From the IMG/VR virus record IMGVR_UViG_3300028883_000045: DNA of 20,000 nucleotides; one strand, 5' to 3'. Of this stretch, positions 1-7,711 are shown piece after piece. The notes beneath the pieces are model-generated. The model had not been told where the DNA came from. It worked only from the letters and a program-made list of their open reading frames with translations, and made no database searches. Position numbers and translations under genes: made by a program. Within the stretch, counting starts at the first letter, position 1. Each line of letters opens with the position of its first letter. Source of the stretch: an uncultured virus (IMG/VR IMGVR_UViG_3300028883_000045) (taxonomy: Duplodnaviria; Heunggongvirae; Uroviricota; Caudoviricetes).

Positions 1-1343
1 AGGTAGCCGATCTGGTTGGGCTCGATGATCAACCGGTCGCCGGCCCGCAGGTCCTCGTACCTGACCACCAGGTCGAAGTTCTGTGGGTTTCCCCAGAAGT
101 GGTGGTTGGAAATTCCGGAGGACAGCGCGAAGGCCTTGAATCGCCCAAGCTGGCTGATGCAGTCGGGGCTGGACTTCCAGGACCTCACTGCCGGCAGGTC
201 GGAGGGGTTGATCTCGCTGCCGGAGAAGTCGGTCACCGGGGTTCCGTGCAGCCCGTTGTGGTGCCCGAGCGGATGATGCGGCGGGTAGAAGGCCACGTGC
301 CGGCAGGTTCGGGGTTCGCCGTCTACCATGGTCATGACCTTGGCAGTGAAGTCCATCGTGAAGTCGCTGACTCGCGCGAACTCGCCGTCCTTCTCCATGA
401 CGTAGTACCCGTTGTAGCGTCTCTCGACTCTTCGGCTCAGGTAGGCCCGGTCCATGTGCCGGCTGACTACCCGCTGGGCCTCTTCGTTCAGGCTGCGGAG
501 GTACTCCAGCCAGGTCCTTTTGCTGGCGACCACGGACTGGAACGCCTCGACGGTGTATCCTTGCCCCAGCGCGCCGTCGATATCGATCTTCCCGTTCACC
601 CGCCAGGCGTCGGGCAGCGGGCATATCGAGACGTCGTTGAACAGGCCGGACTCCTGGAGCTTGCGGGTCATGAGGATGGCGTAGAGCGGGGTGTCCCACC
701 TGACGACCTCGTTGACCTTGTATCCCGGCAGCTCCGGGTCGTTCTTGATCTCGTTGTCGAAGATGATCCGGATGTCGGTGATCCCCTCTCCGGTCATCAG
801 GGAGCAGAGCTTGTCGAAGTGCTTCCTGTAACACGACTGGATTCCGGGGATCCCCACCGCGGAGTATCCATACTGGTACGCGGCGACCGCCTTGTAGGCG
901 CTCTCGGTCAGTATGGCCAGCGAGTGGTTGACGATCCCCGTGGCGCTGTAGCTGCCGGTGCCGATCAGGTACGGTTCGATCCCCTGTCCTTTGAATCCGG
1001 ACTCCTTGTGAATCTGGATGAAGTAGACCTCGCCGTGCTGGTTGAGGTGCGGGATCAGCTGCAGGGAGTCGTCCAGGAGAGGTGCGTAGGTCCTGAACCC
1101 GGACAGGTCCTTGCGAGGAACGATGACCCCGTGCGAAACCAGTAGCTCCGATCCGTATTGCTGCTGCAAATCGGCGACCACCTGTTCCATGTGCGGCCCG
1201 CACGAGCGGAAGCGGCAGGCGTCGATGATGTCGGGGCTGAATCCCCGTTCGGTCATGAGCTTTTCGCGGTGAGTTGCGGTCAGGATACAGGAGTCGTGAT
1301 TGATCAGGCTGTTGTAAACGTTGATGATTGCAGGTGGGACCAC
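1..1343 (-). CDS. Toprim-domain DNA primase (DUF3854-like), probably a primase-helicase; partial, runs off the left edge
   Basis: Absent from the ORF track because there is no stop in the window. Manual translation from GTG at 1343 (GGAAGGAA upstream): MVPPAIINVYNSLINHDSCILTATHREKLMTERGFSPDIIDACRFRS...LAILTESAYKAVAAYQYGYSAVGIPGI...IRIIFDNE...LPDAWRVNGKIDIDGAL. TE-x-x-x-KA...G-x-PG, hhhFD-x-E and K-x-D-x-D match the Toprim primase pattern; sits next to SSB and helicase genes. Confidence 0.75.
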   Translation of the reverse strand, partial: MVPPAIINVYNSLINHDSCILTATHREKLMTERGFSPDIIDACRFRSCGPHMEQVVADLQQQYGSELLVSHGVIVPRKDLSGFRTYAPLLDDSLQLIPHLNQHGEVYFIQIHKESGFKGQGIEPYLIGTGSYSATGIVNHSLAILTESAYKAVAAYQYGYSAVGIPGIQSCYRKHFDKLCSLMTGEGITDIRIIFDNEIKNDPELPGYKVNEVVRWDTPLYAILMTRKLQESGLFNDVSICPLPDAWRVNGKIDIDGALGQGYTVEAFQSVVASKRTWLEYLRSLNEEAQRVVSRHMDRAYLSRRVERRYNGYYVMEKDGEFARVSDFTMDFTAKVMTMVDGEPRTCRHVAFYPPHHPLGHHNGLHGTPVTDFSGSEINPSDLPAVRSWKSSPDCISQLGRFKAFALSSGISNHHFWGNPQNFDLVVRYEDLRAGDRLIIEPNQIGY

Positions 1344-1374
1344 GGGCCGGTTCCTTCCTACTCCCCCGAGGTAA

Positions 1375-1506
1375 ACAGAGGGCGCCCGTCGTGGACCCCG
1401 CGCGGGGAGGGATGAACGACGCGGATGGCCCCGCAATTCATGCAGGGCCCACGAAACGGGCGCCCTCTGTCAGAGGCTATGAGTATTTGTCTATGCCGTT
1501 CATCCC
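1375..1506 (-). promoter_or_regulatory. Structured 5' leader of the primase gene with alternative pairings
   Basis: Perfect 15-bp inverted repeat 1375-1389/1456-1470, extended by CGTGG/CCACG. A second 12-bp inverted repeat 1409-1420/1495-1506 (one G-U on the minus strand) crosses it. Confidence 0.6.
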
Positions 1507-1513
1507 AGCGAGA

Positions 1514-1542
1514 CTTCTACCAAGACAGGTCGCACCGGTCAA
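1514..1542 (-). promoter_or_regulatory. Possible sigma70-type promoter for the primase leader
   Basis: Minus strand TTGACC-17 nt-TAGAAG with TG upstream of the -10; the -10 lacks the final T. Confidence 0.35.
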
Positions 1543-1545
1543 GAC

Positions 1546-2385
1546 TTAAAAGGGGATTTCCTCCTCGTCGGCCTTGGGCTGGGGCTGGGCTGCCGGCCGG
1601 TTCGCAGCGGGCTGCGAGCTGGTCTGGACGTGGCTGTAATCCTCCTGCTGCGCGAAGCCCTTGGAGTACTGCGAGATGAGCTCCTTGAGCTTGAGCTGGT
1701 CCTCGCGCGGCAGGCGCTGGCGGGGATCGGCCTTCATGATCAGCCTGCTGTAGACCTCCTTGGGGTTCTTGGCGATCTTCTCGAGGCTGAAGTGCGTGAT
1801 CACGGTCTGGTACGGAATGCCCTTGCCCGTGAGGTCCGTGAAGAACGCATCCTTCTCGCCGAGGCTGGTGGGCGGCATGCTCATGCGATACGGGACGGCC
1901 GACATCATGTCGCCCTCGATGGCCAGCACGAACAGCGTGTGGCCCTCCTTGCAGGCCTTGCCGCGGCCCCCCTTCAGGTCCGAACCCCAGGCGTTCATCG
2001 GGCAGGCGTCGCAGAAGAGCGCCTGTCCGTAGCGCTTCTCGCACTCGCGGCGCATCTGGGGCGGCATCGGGCACTTCTCGGGATAGTCGGGGGATGCCCA
2101 GTAGCCGTTGTCGCTCTTGCAGTCGGGGCGGTTCCCGGTCGCATCGGGGTTTTCCCAGTAGGCGCGGTTCCCGTGGTGATGCAGGATCACGCCCCGGAAG
2201 TTCTGGACCGGCAGGTCCCCCGGGAACATGAAGATGCCGTCCTTGCTCATCTTCACGTCGGGAATCTTGGCGGTGACCCCCTCCATGTTCTCGGTCACGG
2301 CGAACACCTCGTCCTCGGACGTGGCGCCGAAGTTGGTGATCAGTTCGGGCAGCAGGCTCTCGTACTTCTGGATTTCGTTCGTCAC
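1546..2385 (-). CDS. Phage single-stranded DNA-binding/annealing-type protein
   Basis: 279 aa; Q/P/A-rich linker and acidic tail ending DEEEIPF (SSB-type C-terminus); Cys motif CDACPMNAWGS...GKACK; lies in the replication module. Confidence 0.65.
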   Translation of the reverse strand: MTNEIQKYESLLPELITNFGATSEDEVFAVTENMEGVTAKIPDVKMSKDGIFMFPGDLPVQNFRGVILHHHGNRAYWENPDATGNRPDCKSDNGYWASPDYPEKCPMPPQMRRECEKRYGQALFCDACPMNAWGSDLKGGRGKACKEGHTLFVLAIEGDMMSAVPYRMSMPPTSLGEKDAFFTDLTGKGIPYQTVITHFSLEKIAKNPKEVYSRLIMKADPRQRLPREDQLKLKELISQYSKGFAQQEDYSHVQTSSQPAANRPAAQPQPKADEEEIPF

Positions 2386-2666
2386 TTCGCGTTCTCCTTT
2401 TTCTTCGTGCTTTTAAGGATGTTTGCCAGTTCGTCGAACGGCTCGACGATCCTGGCGATCAGGTCCTCGACGGGGATTCCTACCGTGTCGGCGTAGGTGC
2501 AGAGCACCCGCACCGTCACCGAGTTGTACTTCCCGCGCTCGATGCGCGCGAGAAATTCGGCGTCGTAGCCGGCCAGTTCGCAGAACGTCACGGGGTCGAG
2601 GCCCGCCGCTTCCCGTAGGCGGGCCAGTGCGGCTCCCACGTGCTCCTGAGCCTCAGTAACGTTCAC
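2382..2666 (-). CDS. XRE/Cro-C1 family helix-turn-helix regulator
   Basis: VGAALARLREAAGLD...FCELAGYDAEFLARIERGKYNSVTVRVLCTYADTVGIPVEDL is a typical HTH_3 pattern; GTG start at 2666 with AAAGGGG RBS. Confidence 0.85.
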   Translation of the reverse strand: MNVTEAQEHVGAALARLREAAGLDPVTFCELAGYDAEFLARIERGKYNSVTVRVLCTYADTVGIPVEDLIARIVEPFDELANILKSTKKKENAK

Positions 2667-3000
2667 CGAGCGGCGCCCCTTTCGCATCGACCAGGGGGGT
2701 AATGCGCGAGCTGGGGTTCTCCGGCAGGGGCTTTGACTTGGGTTCCGGCCGGTCGATGTTCCCCGAGAGCAGCCGGTCGCCGACCTCCCGGACCATGTTC
2801 TTGCGGCACGTCATGCAGAGGTCCAGGGGTTTCTGGTGAGTGCCGTGGTCCAGCATCGGGATCAGGTTGACCCGGGAGAACACGCACATCCCGGGCCGGT
2901 GACCCTTGATGCGTATCGAGAGAAAAACGTCCCTTGTGATGCGGCTGTCCAGGTCGTTGAGGTAGAAGTCGCCGCAGACGTCGCACTGCCTAGCCTCCAT
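2653..3000 (-). CDS. Hypothetical protein with CxxC...CxxC zinc-binding motifs
   Basis: CDVC near the N-terminus and DLCMTC later; AAGGAGGG RBS; overlaps neighbours in operon fashion. Confidence 0.7.
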   Translation of the reverse strand: MEARQCDVCGDFYLNDLDSRITRDVFLSIRIKGHRPGMCVFSRVNLIPMLDHGTHQKPLDLCMTCRKNMVREVGDRLLSGNIDRPEPKSKPLPENPSSRITPLVDAKGAPLGERY

Positions 3001-3460
3001 CGTCGCCCTCCTTTCTCGAAATCACATTCTTGTTGCGGACCTGCACCCCGACCTTCTCGAAGCGGCGCAGGTACCCGGGCAGCTCCTGTTCGTTGGCGGA
3101 CCGGTCCTTGAGGATCTTCTTTATGGTCTGGGCCGGGATGCGGGCAAGCGACCAGTAGCCCTTGTCCTTGAGCCAGCCCTCGAACTCTTCGCCGTGCTCG
3201 CTCGGGCAGCTCAGGTACCGTTCTACGGTCCGCATGACCATGAGCCCGTCCTCGAACTTCACGCTGCTCTGCCCGAGCTCGGAGAGCTTGCGCGCGAGGT
3301 TCTGGGCGACCTCGTCCTTCTGTCGCTTGTAGCCCTTGCTTTTCTTGTCAGCCTCCTGGGCCTTGCGTTCGAGGCGCACGATCTCCTCGACGAGGCCCCG
3401 GAGCATGACCTGTATCCCCGGGTTCTGGGGTTGCTCCAGCTCGAAAACCTCTTCAGTCAC
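2990..3460 (-). CDS. Phage coiled-coil protein of a type commonly found beside SSB genes; function unknown
   Basis: 156 aa; N-terminal coiled coil then SVKFEDG...WLKDKG...ELPGY; GGTGGTGG RBS. Confidence 0.65.
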   Translation of the reverse strand: MTEEVFELEQPQNPGIQVMLRGLVEEIVRLERKAQEADKKSKGYKRQKDEVAQNLARKLSELGQSSVKFEDGLMVMRTVERYLSCPSEHGEEFEGWLKDKGYWSLARIPAQTIKKILKDRSANEQELPGYLRRFEKVGVQVRNKNVISRKEGDDGG

Positions 3461-3734
3461 CTTCCACCACCTTTCGCACGTCGTTCACGCTTCGGGCTAT
3501 CAAGTAAACGCCTCCTTTCTGTTCGATCTTTCGTTTCCAGTGCAGCTGCAGTTTGGACGACTTGCCGTTGGGGGCCTTGACCTCGATGCCCATGAACCGG
3601 CCGCCCCTCAGGCACGCCACCAGGTCCGGCGCTCCGCGCCGGCCGTAGACGCTCGCGGGGATCGGGAACCACGGGATCCCCTTCCGCGTCAGGTACTGGG
3701 TGATTCCGCTTCTAACGCTTCTTTCGCTGACCAC
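3453..3734 (-). CDS. VRR-NUC domain (PD-(D/E)XK) nuclease
   Basis: SE...GAPDL...FMGIEVKAPNGKSSKLQ...GGVYLIARSVNDV is the classic VRR-NUC signature. Start uncertain: GTG 3734 preferred, ORF is open to 3800. Confidence 0.9.
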   Translation of the reverse strand: MVSERSVRSGITQYLTRKGIPWFPIPASVYGRRGAPDLVACLRGGRFMGIEVKAPNGKSSKLQLHWKRKIEQKGGVYLIARSVNDVRKVVEGD

Positions 3735-3909
3735 GGGCGTACTCGTTCTGGCACTTCTTGCACCAGCTGCTCCAGGCATTGCGCGCCCGGTTCCAGACAA
3801 AACATGCCAGGTCGTGAACCTCGTCGCAGCGCGAGCACCGTTTGGTCCCTTGTGAGGTCTTGGGCTTCCGGCCTCTACGTCGCGGTCTTGAGGTATTCGA
3901 GGGCCGCAT
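3712..3909 (-). CDS. Small basic zinc-finger protein
   Basis: KRCSRC...F...SWCKKC, a zinc-ribbon of the kind seen N-terminal to phage endonucleases, here stand-alone; ATG at 3909 with AAGGAA upstream. Confidence 0.55.
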   Translation of the reverse strand: MRPSNTSRPRRRGRKPKTSQGTKRCSRCDEVHDLACFVWNRARNAWSSWCKKCQNEYARGQRKKR

Positions 3910-5230
3910 GAGACATGGTTTCCTTTCGGTTAAGAGCCCGGTAGATAGTTTCGTCGATGCTGTTTTCGGCCAGCAGGGAGACATAGGTACACTTGTTCGT
4001 GGTGCCGATCCGGTGGATCCGGTCCTGACTCTGCTTCCAGTGCTCCAGGTTGTAGCTGAGCGAGTAGTAGACGCAGTAGGAACAGTTGGTCCAGGTCACC
4101 CCGTGCGCGATGGTCGCGGGGTGGGCCACCACGTACTGGACCTCCCCCTGCGAGAACTTCCTGATGTTCTCCTGCAGCTCCTTCGGGTTCATCCCGCCGA
4201 TGATCTTGAGGGCTCCGAGCCGGTGGGCCAGCTGCTGCGCGTCGTGCCGGAACTGGACCCAGATGATCGCCTGCTGGTTGCCGATCTCCTCGAGGACTTC
4301 GTCCAGCAGCTCAGCCTTGCTCTGGTCGAAAACGTAATGGTTCTTGAGGGTGTCGTAGGTCCACCCGGAGGTCAATTGCCGGAGCTTCATGATTTCCGCC
4401 AGGGTGTTCGACCCGATCGCCTCGCGGTCCTCGACGAGCGGCAGGATCTTGTCCTTGACCATCGTGTCATAGGCATCCCGCAGGGGCTTGGGCATTACGT
4501 ACTTGCGGGTCACGAAGACCTTCTCCGGCAGGTCGAGGCAGTCCTTCTTGGCCAGGAACGTGGCGTGAGGCTTGACGAGGTTCATGATCTCTTCTTCGGC
4601 CCCCGCGCGCGGGCGGTAGTCGAACTTGTGTCCCTGCCGGTTCTGGCCGTGGGCGATGAACCACCGGCCGCGGTACTGCCAGAAGTCCACCCCCAGGATC
4701 CCCGGCTTCACTACGTCCACCTGGTTGAACAGGTCCAGGTAGCCGTTCGGCATCACGGTGCCGCTCATGGGGTAGACGTACGGGATGGAGCGCGCGAACT
4801 TCACGATCACGCGCGCGGTTTTCACCTGGTTCTTGATCCGGGTGGACTCGTCCAGGATCAGGTTGTCGAAGTCCTGCTCATTCAGCCACCTCTCGATCAG
4901 CTTGAAGCTCTCGTAGTTGATGAGACAGACGTCCGCGTCCGCGGCCGCCTCGCACTTCTTCCTGCGCGCAGCCGCGTTGCGGCCCCACAAGTTGGAGACC
5001 TTGAGCTCCGGGCAGAACTTCTGCGCGTCGGACATCCAGGCCGCCTCCAGAAGAGGCAGCGGCGCGACCACCAGCGTCTTTCCGGAGCGCGTGGGGTTGG
5101 CTGCCCGGCGCTCGGCGATGGCCAGGCCCGCATAGGTCTTGCCTGTCCCGCACTCGGCCCCGACCAGATGGCTCGCGGGGAGCATCCGGTCGAACAGGAC
5201 CTTCTGGTGCTGGTACGGGGGGAACTTCAA
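3875..5230 (-). CDS. SNF2-family (DEAD/DEAH superfamily 2) helicase
   Basis: PYQHQ Q-motif, ECGTGKT Walker A, LILDEST motif II, MSGTVMPN motif III, HGVTW motif V, QSQDRIHRIG motif VI. TTG start at 5230 preferred; ORF is open to 5275. Confidence 0.93.
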   Translation of the reverse strand: MKFPPYQHQKVLFDRMLPASHLVGAECGTGKTYAGLAIAERRAANPTRSGKTLVVAPLPLLEAAWMSDAQKFCPELKVSNLWGRNAAARRKKCEAAADADVCLINYESFKLIERWLNEQDFDNLILDESTRIKNQVKTARVIVKFARSIPYVYPMSGTVMPNGYLDLFNQVDVVKPGILGVDFWQYRGRWFIAHGQNRQGHKFDYRPRAGAEEEIMNLVKPHATFLAKKDCLDLPEKVFVTRKYVMPKPLRDAYDTMVKDKILPLVEDREAIGSNTLAEIMKLRQLTSGWTYDTLKNHYVFDQSKAELLDEVLEEIGNQQAIIWVQFRHDAQQLAHRLGALKIIGGMNPKELQENIRKFSQGEVQYVVAHPATIAHGVTWTNCSYCVYYSLSYNLEHWKQSQDRIHRIGTTNKCTYVSLLAENSIDETIYRALNRKETMSHAALEYLKTAT

Positions 5231-5232
5231 GC

Positions 5233-5829
5233 TTACCCGCCTGCCTTCGGCACCGGCAGCTTGCCGGCCCCCCACATGGCGGTGATCTTCTCGACCTCGA
5301 TCACCACGAGGTCCACGCCGGCCGGCGTCTTGGCTTCCGGCCGGTAGTCGCCGATGAAGTCCACCTGACCGTCGACCTCGAGGTCCAGGATCACCGATTC
5401 CTGACTCAGGATGACCGCCAGCGCGCCGCAGAGGACCCGCATGTTGAACCCGAAGTCATCTTCGAACCACTCCGGATAGTTGCCCTCGGGGAAGACCACC
5501 ACCTGCACCGATTTCTCGAGGCCGTGGTACCGGTCTCCCTCCCAGTCCGTGAAGAACCCCTGCTGCGCGATGAAGTTGGCCCCGCCCGGGTGCCCGTGCT
5601 TCAGCTGGTAGGTGCGAATCGCGGAGACCGCATCGATCACCTCGCGCATCGTTACCGGTTCGCCCTTGCTCCCGAAAGCGTTGTCGATGCCCCTCGTGAG
5701 CCCGACCCAGAGCCGGGCCCACGAGCGGCGGTTGCTCCACTTGTTGAGCTTGCCGGGGTTAGAGCACCATCCGGTGCCAGAGGCCTTCCAGGTGTTGCCT
5801 TCGACTTCGTAGTCCAGCGGGAAATGCAT
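5233..5829 (-). CDS. Candidate S-adenosylmethionine lyase (T3 SAMase / DUF3574-like fold)
   Basis: QGFF...EKSVQVVV...LAVILSQESVIL mirrors the G-x-aromatic...E-K-[ST]-V...Q-[ED]-[SC]-V-[IL] pattern of phage SAM lyases. Confidence 0.55.
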   Translation of the reverse strand: MHFPLDYEVEGNTWKASGTGWCSNPGKLNKWSNRRSWARLWVGLTRGIDNAFGSKGEPVTMREVIDAVSAIRTYQLKHGHPGGANFIAQQGFFTDWEGDRYHGLEKSVQVVVFPEGNYPEWFEDDFGFNMRVLCGALAVILSQESVILDLEVDGQVDFIGDYRPEAKTPAGVDLVVIEVEKITAMWGAGKLPVPKAGG

Positions 5830-5834
5830 GTTGT

Positions 5835-6332
5835 CTATCTCCTGACAGCGGCCAGTATCGCGGGGGTGTCCAGGTAGGTGAACTTCACCTGCCCCAGCGA
5901 GCCGTTCACCCGGTCGGCGCGGAACTTGAGACCGTGGGTGAGTTCGGCGGTGAACTCCCGGGGGTGCTTCTTGATCAGCGCTTCGAGCTCTTCATCGGAA
6001 ACAGCGAGGGCCTCGGTCTTCCCGGGCAGGCAGACGCACTTCCGGCTCGGGGCGTTCGGGATCGGGGTTCCGTGCGTCCAGGAGACCAGCAGCTTCATCC
6101 AGTCCCTGTTCCAGTTCTCGCAGAGCCGGCCCAGCTCGGCCGCGTCTGCCGACCACAGGGTGACGGACATGGTGGGCCTGCTCATGACGGTGATCCCGCC
6201 AACCTGGCAGATGACCTTCAGGTTTCCGTGCAGGGTGCTCAGGCAGTATCCGTCCAGCAGGGTCCTGCGCTCTACGTGAACGCTCGAGAGGGGGACCTCT
6301 CGGTCGTACAGGCGCCGGTAGGGGTCATTCAC
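5835..6332 (-). CDS. Hypothetical protein
   Basis: 165 aa ORF, GGGAGGTG RBS, start overlaps upstream stop (GTGA). Confidence 0.7.
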   Translation of the reverse strand: MNDPYRRLYDREVPLSSVHVERRTLLDGYCLSTLHGNLKVICQVGGITVMSRPTMSVTLWSADAAELGRLCENWNRDWMKLLVSWTHGTPIPNAPSRKCVCLPGKTEALAVSDEELEALIKKHPREFTAELTHGLKFRADRVNGSLGQVKFTYLDTPAILAAVRR

Positions 6333-6544
6333 GTGTCACCTCCCTTGTGATAGCTTACGGTGAACTTGCCGTTCTGTTTGTTGTACCTGACGATCTTGCT
6401 GATTTGCGCGCCGTCGATGTCGACGCACATCCGGACGATCTTCCCGGGTTTGTTCTTGAGGCCCTCCCGAAGCGCCATTTTTAGAGACTGCATCACGGTC
6501 ATGATCGATTTTGCGATCAGCCGCTCCCGTTCCTCAGGCGACAT
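6329..6544 (-). CDS. Hypothetical basic protein
   Basis: 71 aa ORF tightly packed between neighbours. Confidence 0.6.
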   Translation of the reverse strand: MSPEERERLIAKSIMTVMQSLKMALREGLKNKPGKIVRMCVDIDGAQISKIVRYNKQNGKFTVSYHKGGDT

Positions 6545-7208
6545 CCACCGTTACTTTCGTGCTGAACGCTCGCGCGAGCTCTCGCGCCCGATCCCCGGAC
6601 CACTTCTCGAACATCTTCGAGCCCAGAACCTGGGCGTCGAGCATGCTGTTCCAGTTGACCACCCGCAGCGTGTTGTCGCGAAGGCTCACGATCAGCCCGA
6701 GAGCGCGGCGCAGGTAGATCCAGTTCTCCAGCGCGTCCAGGTCGCCTTCCTCTATCGGGTCGTGGAAGATGAAGGTCGCGATCTGGAGCGGCGGGTTGCG
6801 CTGGAAGACCTCGCCGCGCAGCAGCGCGTCCACGGACATGACCTCTTCCAGGTTGCGCCGGTGATCGATCACGCGGATGCGTTCCCCGCGGTCGGCAAGG
6901 CCGGTGCTCCTTATGGCCTCGTCGATGCGGAAGAGCGCATCGTCGGTCATGCGCCACACGTCGAAGGTCGGCGACATGCCCGGCGCCCTTCGGAACCGGA
7001 TCCAGCCGCGAACCAGCGCGCGCTTGATCAGGCGCTCCCGGTTCATTGCTGGGCCCTTCGGGCCGGCGGCCCGCTCTTCGGGCGTGAACATGATGTCCTC
7101 GATGGTCAGCCCGAACACGTCGGGGTGCTTCTTCATGTAGTTCAGGTGCTCGTAGATCTCGATGGCCTCGCCCGTTGGCGACAGCCAGTATCCGGTTCCC
7201 TGGGGCAC
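6534..7208 (-). CDS. Hypothetical phage protein
   Basis: 224 aa; GYWLSPTG...H...P..FGL...GWIRFR motif; AAGGAGGT RBS directly after a strong promoter. Confidence 0.75.
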   Translation of the reverse strand: MPQGTGYWLSPTGEAIEIYEHLNYMKKHPDVFGLTIEDIMFTPEERAAGPKGPAMNRERLIKRALVRGWIRFRRAPGMSPTFDVWRMTDDALFRIDEAIRSTGLADRGERIRVIDHRRNLEEVMSVDALLRGEVFQRNPPLQIATFIFHDPIEEGDLDALENWIYLRRALGLIVSLRDNTLRVVNWNSMLDAQVLGSKMFEKWSGDRARELARAFSTKVTVDVA

Positions 7209-7234
7209 TTGGGACCTCCTTTCGGCGGGGTCGT

Positions 7235-7263
7235 ATTGTACCTCCGCAGAAGTCAGAATTCAA
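7235..7263 (-). promoter_or_regulatory. Sigma70-type promoter
   Basis: TTGAAT (7263-7258), 17 nt, TACAAT (7240-7235): near-consensus in a GC-rich background. Confidence 0.75.
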
Positions 7264-7445
7264 GAATTCTGCAGGCGTTTCTCGGCCTTGGCCCACTGTG
7301 CCTGGGCGTGGCGAACCTCCAGCTCGAGTTCCTGTATCCGGCGGCACGCCGGAGAGCGTTCTCTCCGGTAGACCGATCCGCACTCGAAACCCTTCTTGCC
7401 CAGGGGCAGTTTGACCTCGGGCATTCCGCAGTAGGGGCAGTTCAT
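7260..7445 (-). CDS. Small Cys-rich (zinc-binding) coiled-coil protein
   Basis: MNCPYCG...FECGS...SPAC then heptad-like tail; ATG at 7445 with AAAGGAGA RBS. The longer track ORF reads through the guide array. Confidence 0.7.
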   Translation of the reverse strand: MNCPYCGMPEVKLPLGKKGFECGSVYRRERSPACRRIQELELEVRHAQAQWAKAEKRLQNS

Positions 7446-7470
7446 CGCAGGATCTCCTTTCAAGGGTTGG

Positions 7471-7711
7471 TGGAGGGCAACACAATTATGGGCTTCATTG
7501 ATATCCCGGCCCTCCAGAAAAGCTGAAGGGGGCACAGCGGTCCTGGGCTTCAGTGTATCTATGGCCCCCTTCTCAAAATCAACGGGATGGGCAACGCACT
7601 CTTGGGCTTCATCGGTGTTCTGGCCCACCCCAAAAACATCTCCCTCAAGACGCGGCTTCGGAGGAACGAGCAGGGATCCCTTGGTGCTCACAGTAGTCTT
7701 GGCTCTTCCTC
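7471..7711 (-). ncRNA. TIGR (tandem interspaced guide RNA) stem-loop array, downstream block, 4 units
   Basis: Units 7471-7516, 7525-7572, 7584-7631, 7661-7711. Each reads (minus) stem-GCC[A/G]-9 nt-TGAAGCCCA (TGAGCACCA in the 7661 unit)-9 nt-TG-stem, with complementary flanks; all spacers exactly 9 nt and different. Confidence 0.9.

Noticed and set aside
3712..3909. HNH / endonuclease VII gene
   Set aside because: Only the zinc-ribbon part is present; no catalytic HNH motif.
7446..7691. N-terminal extension of the 7260-7691 ORF
   Set aside because: Reads through the guide array; the RBS supports ATG 7445.
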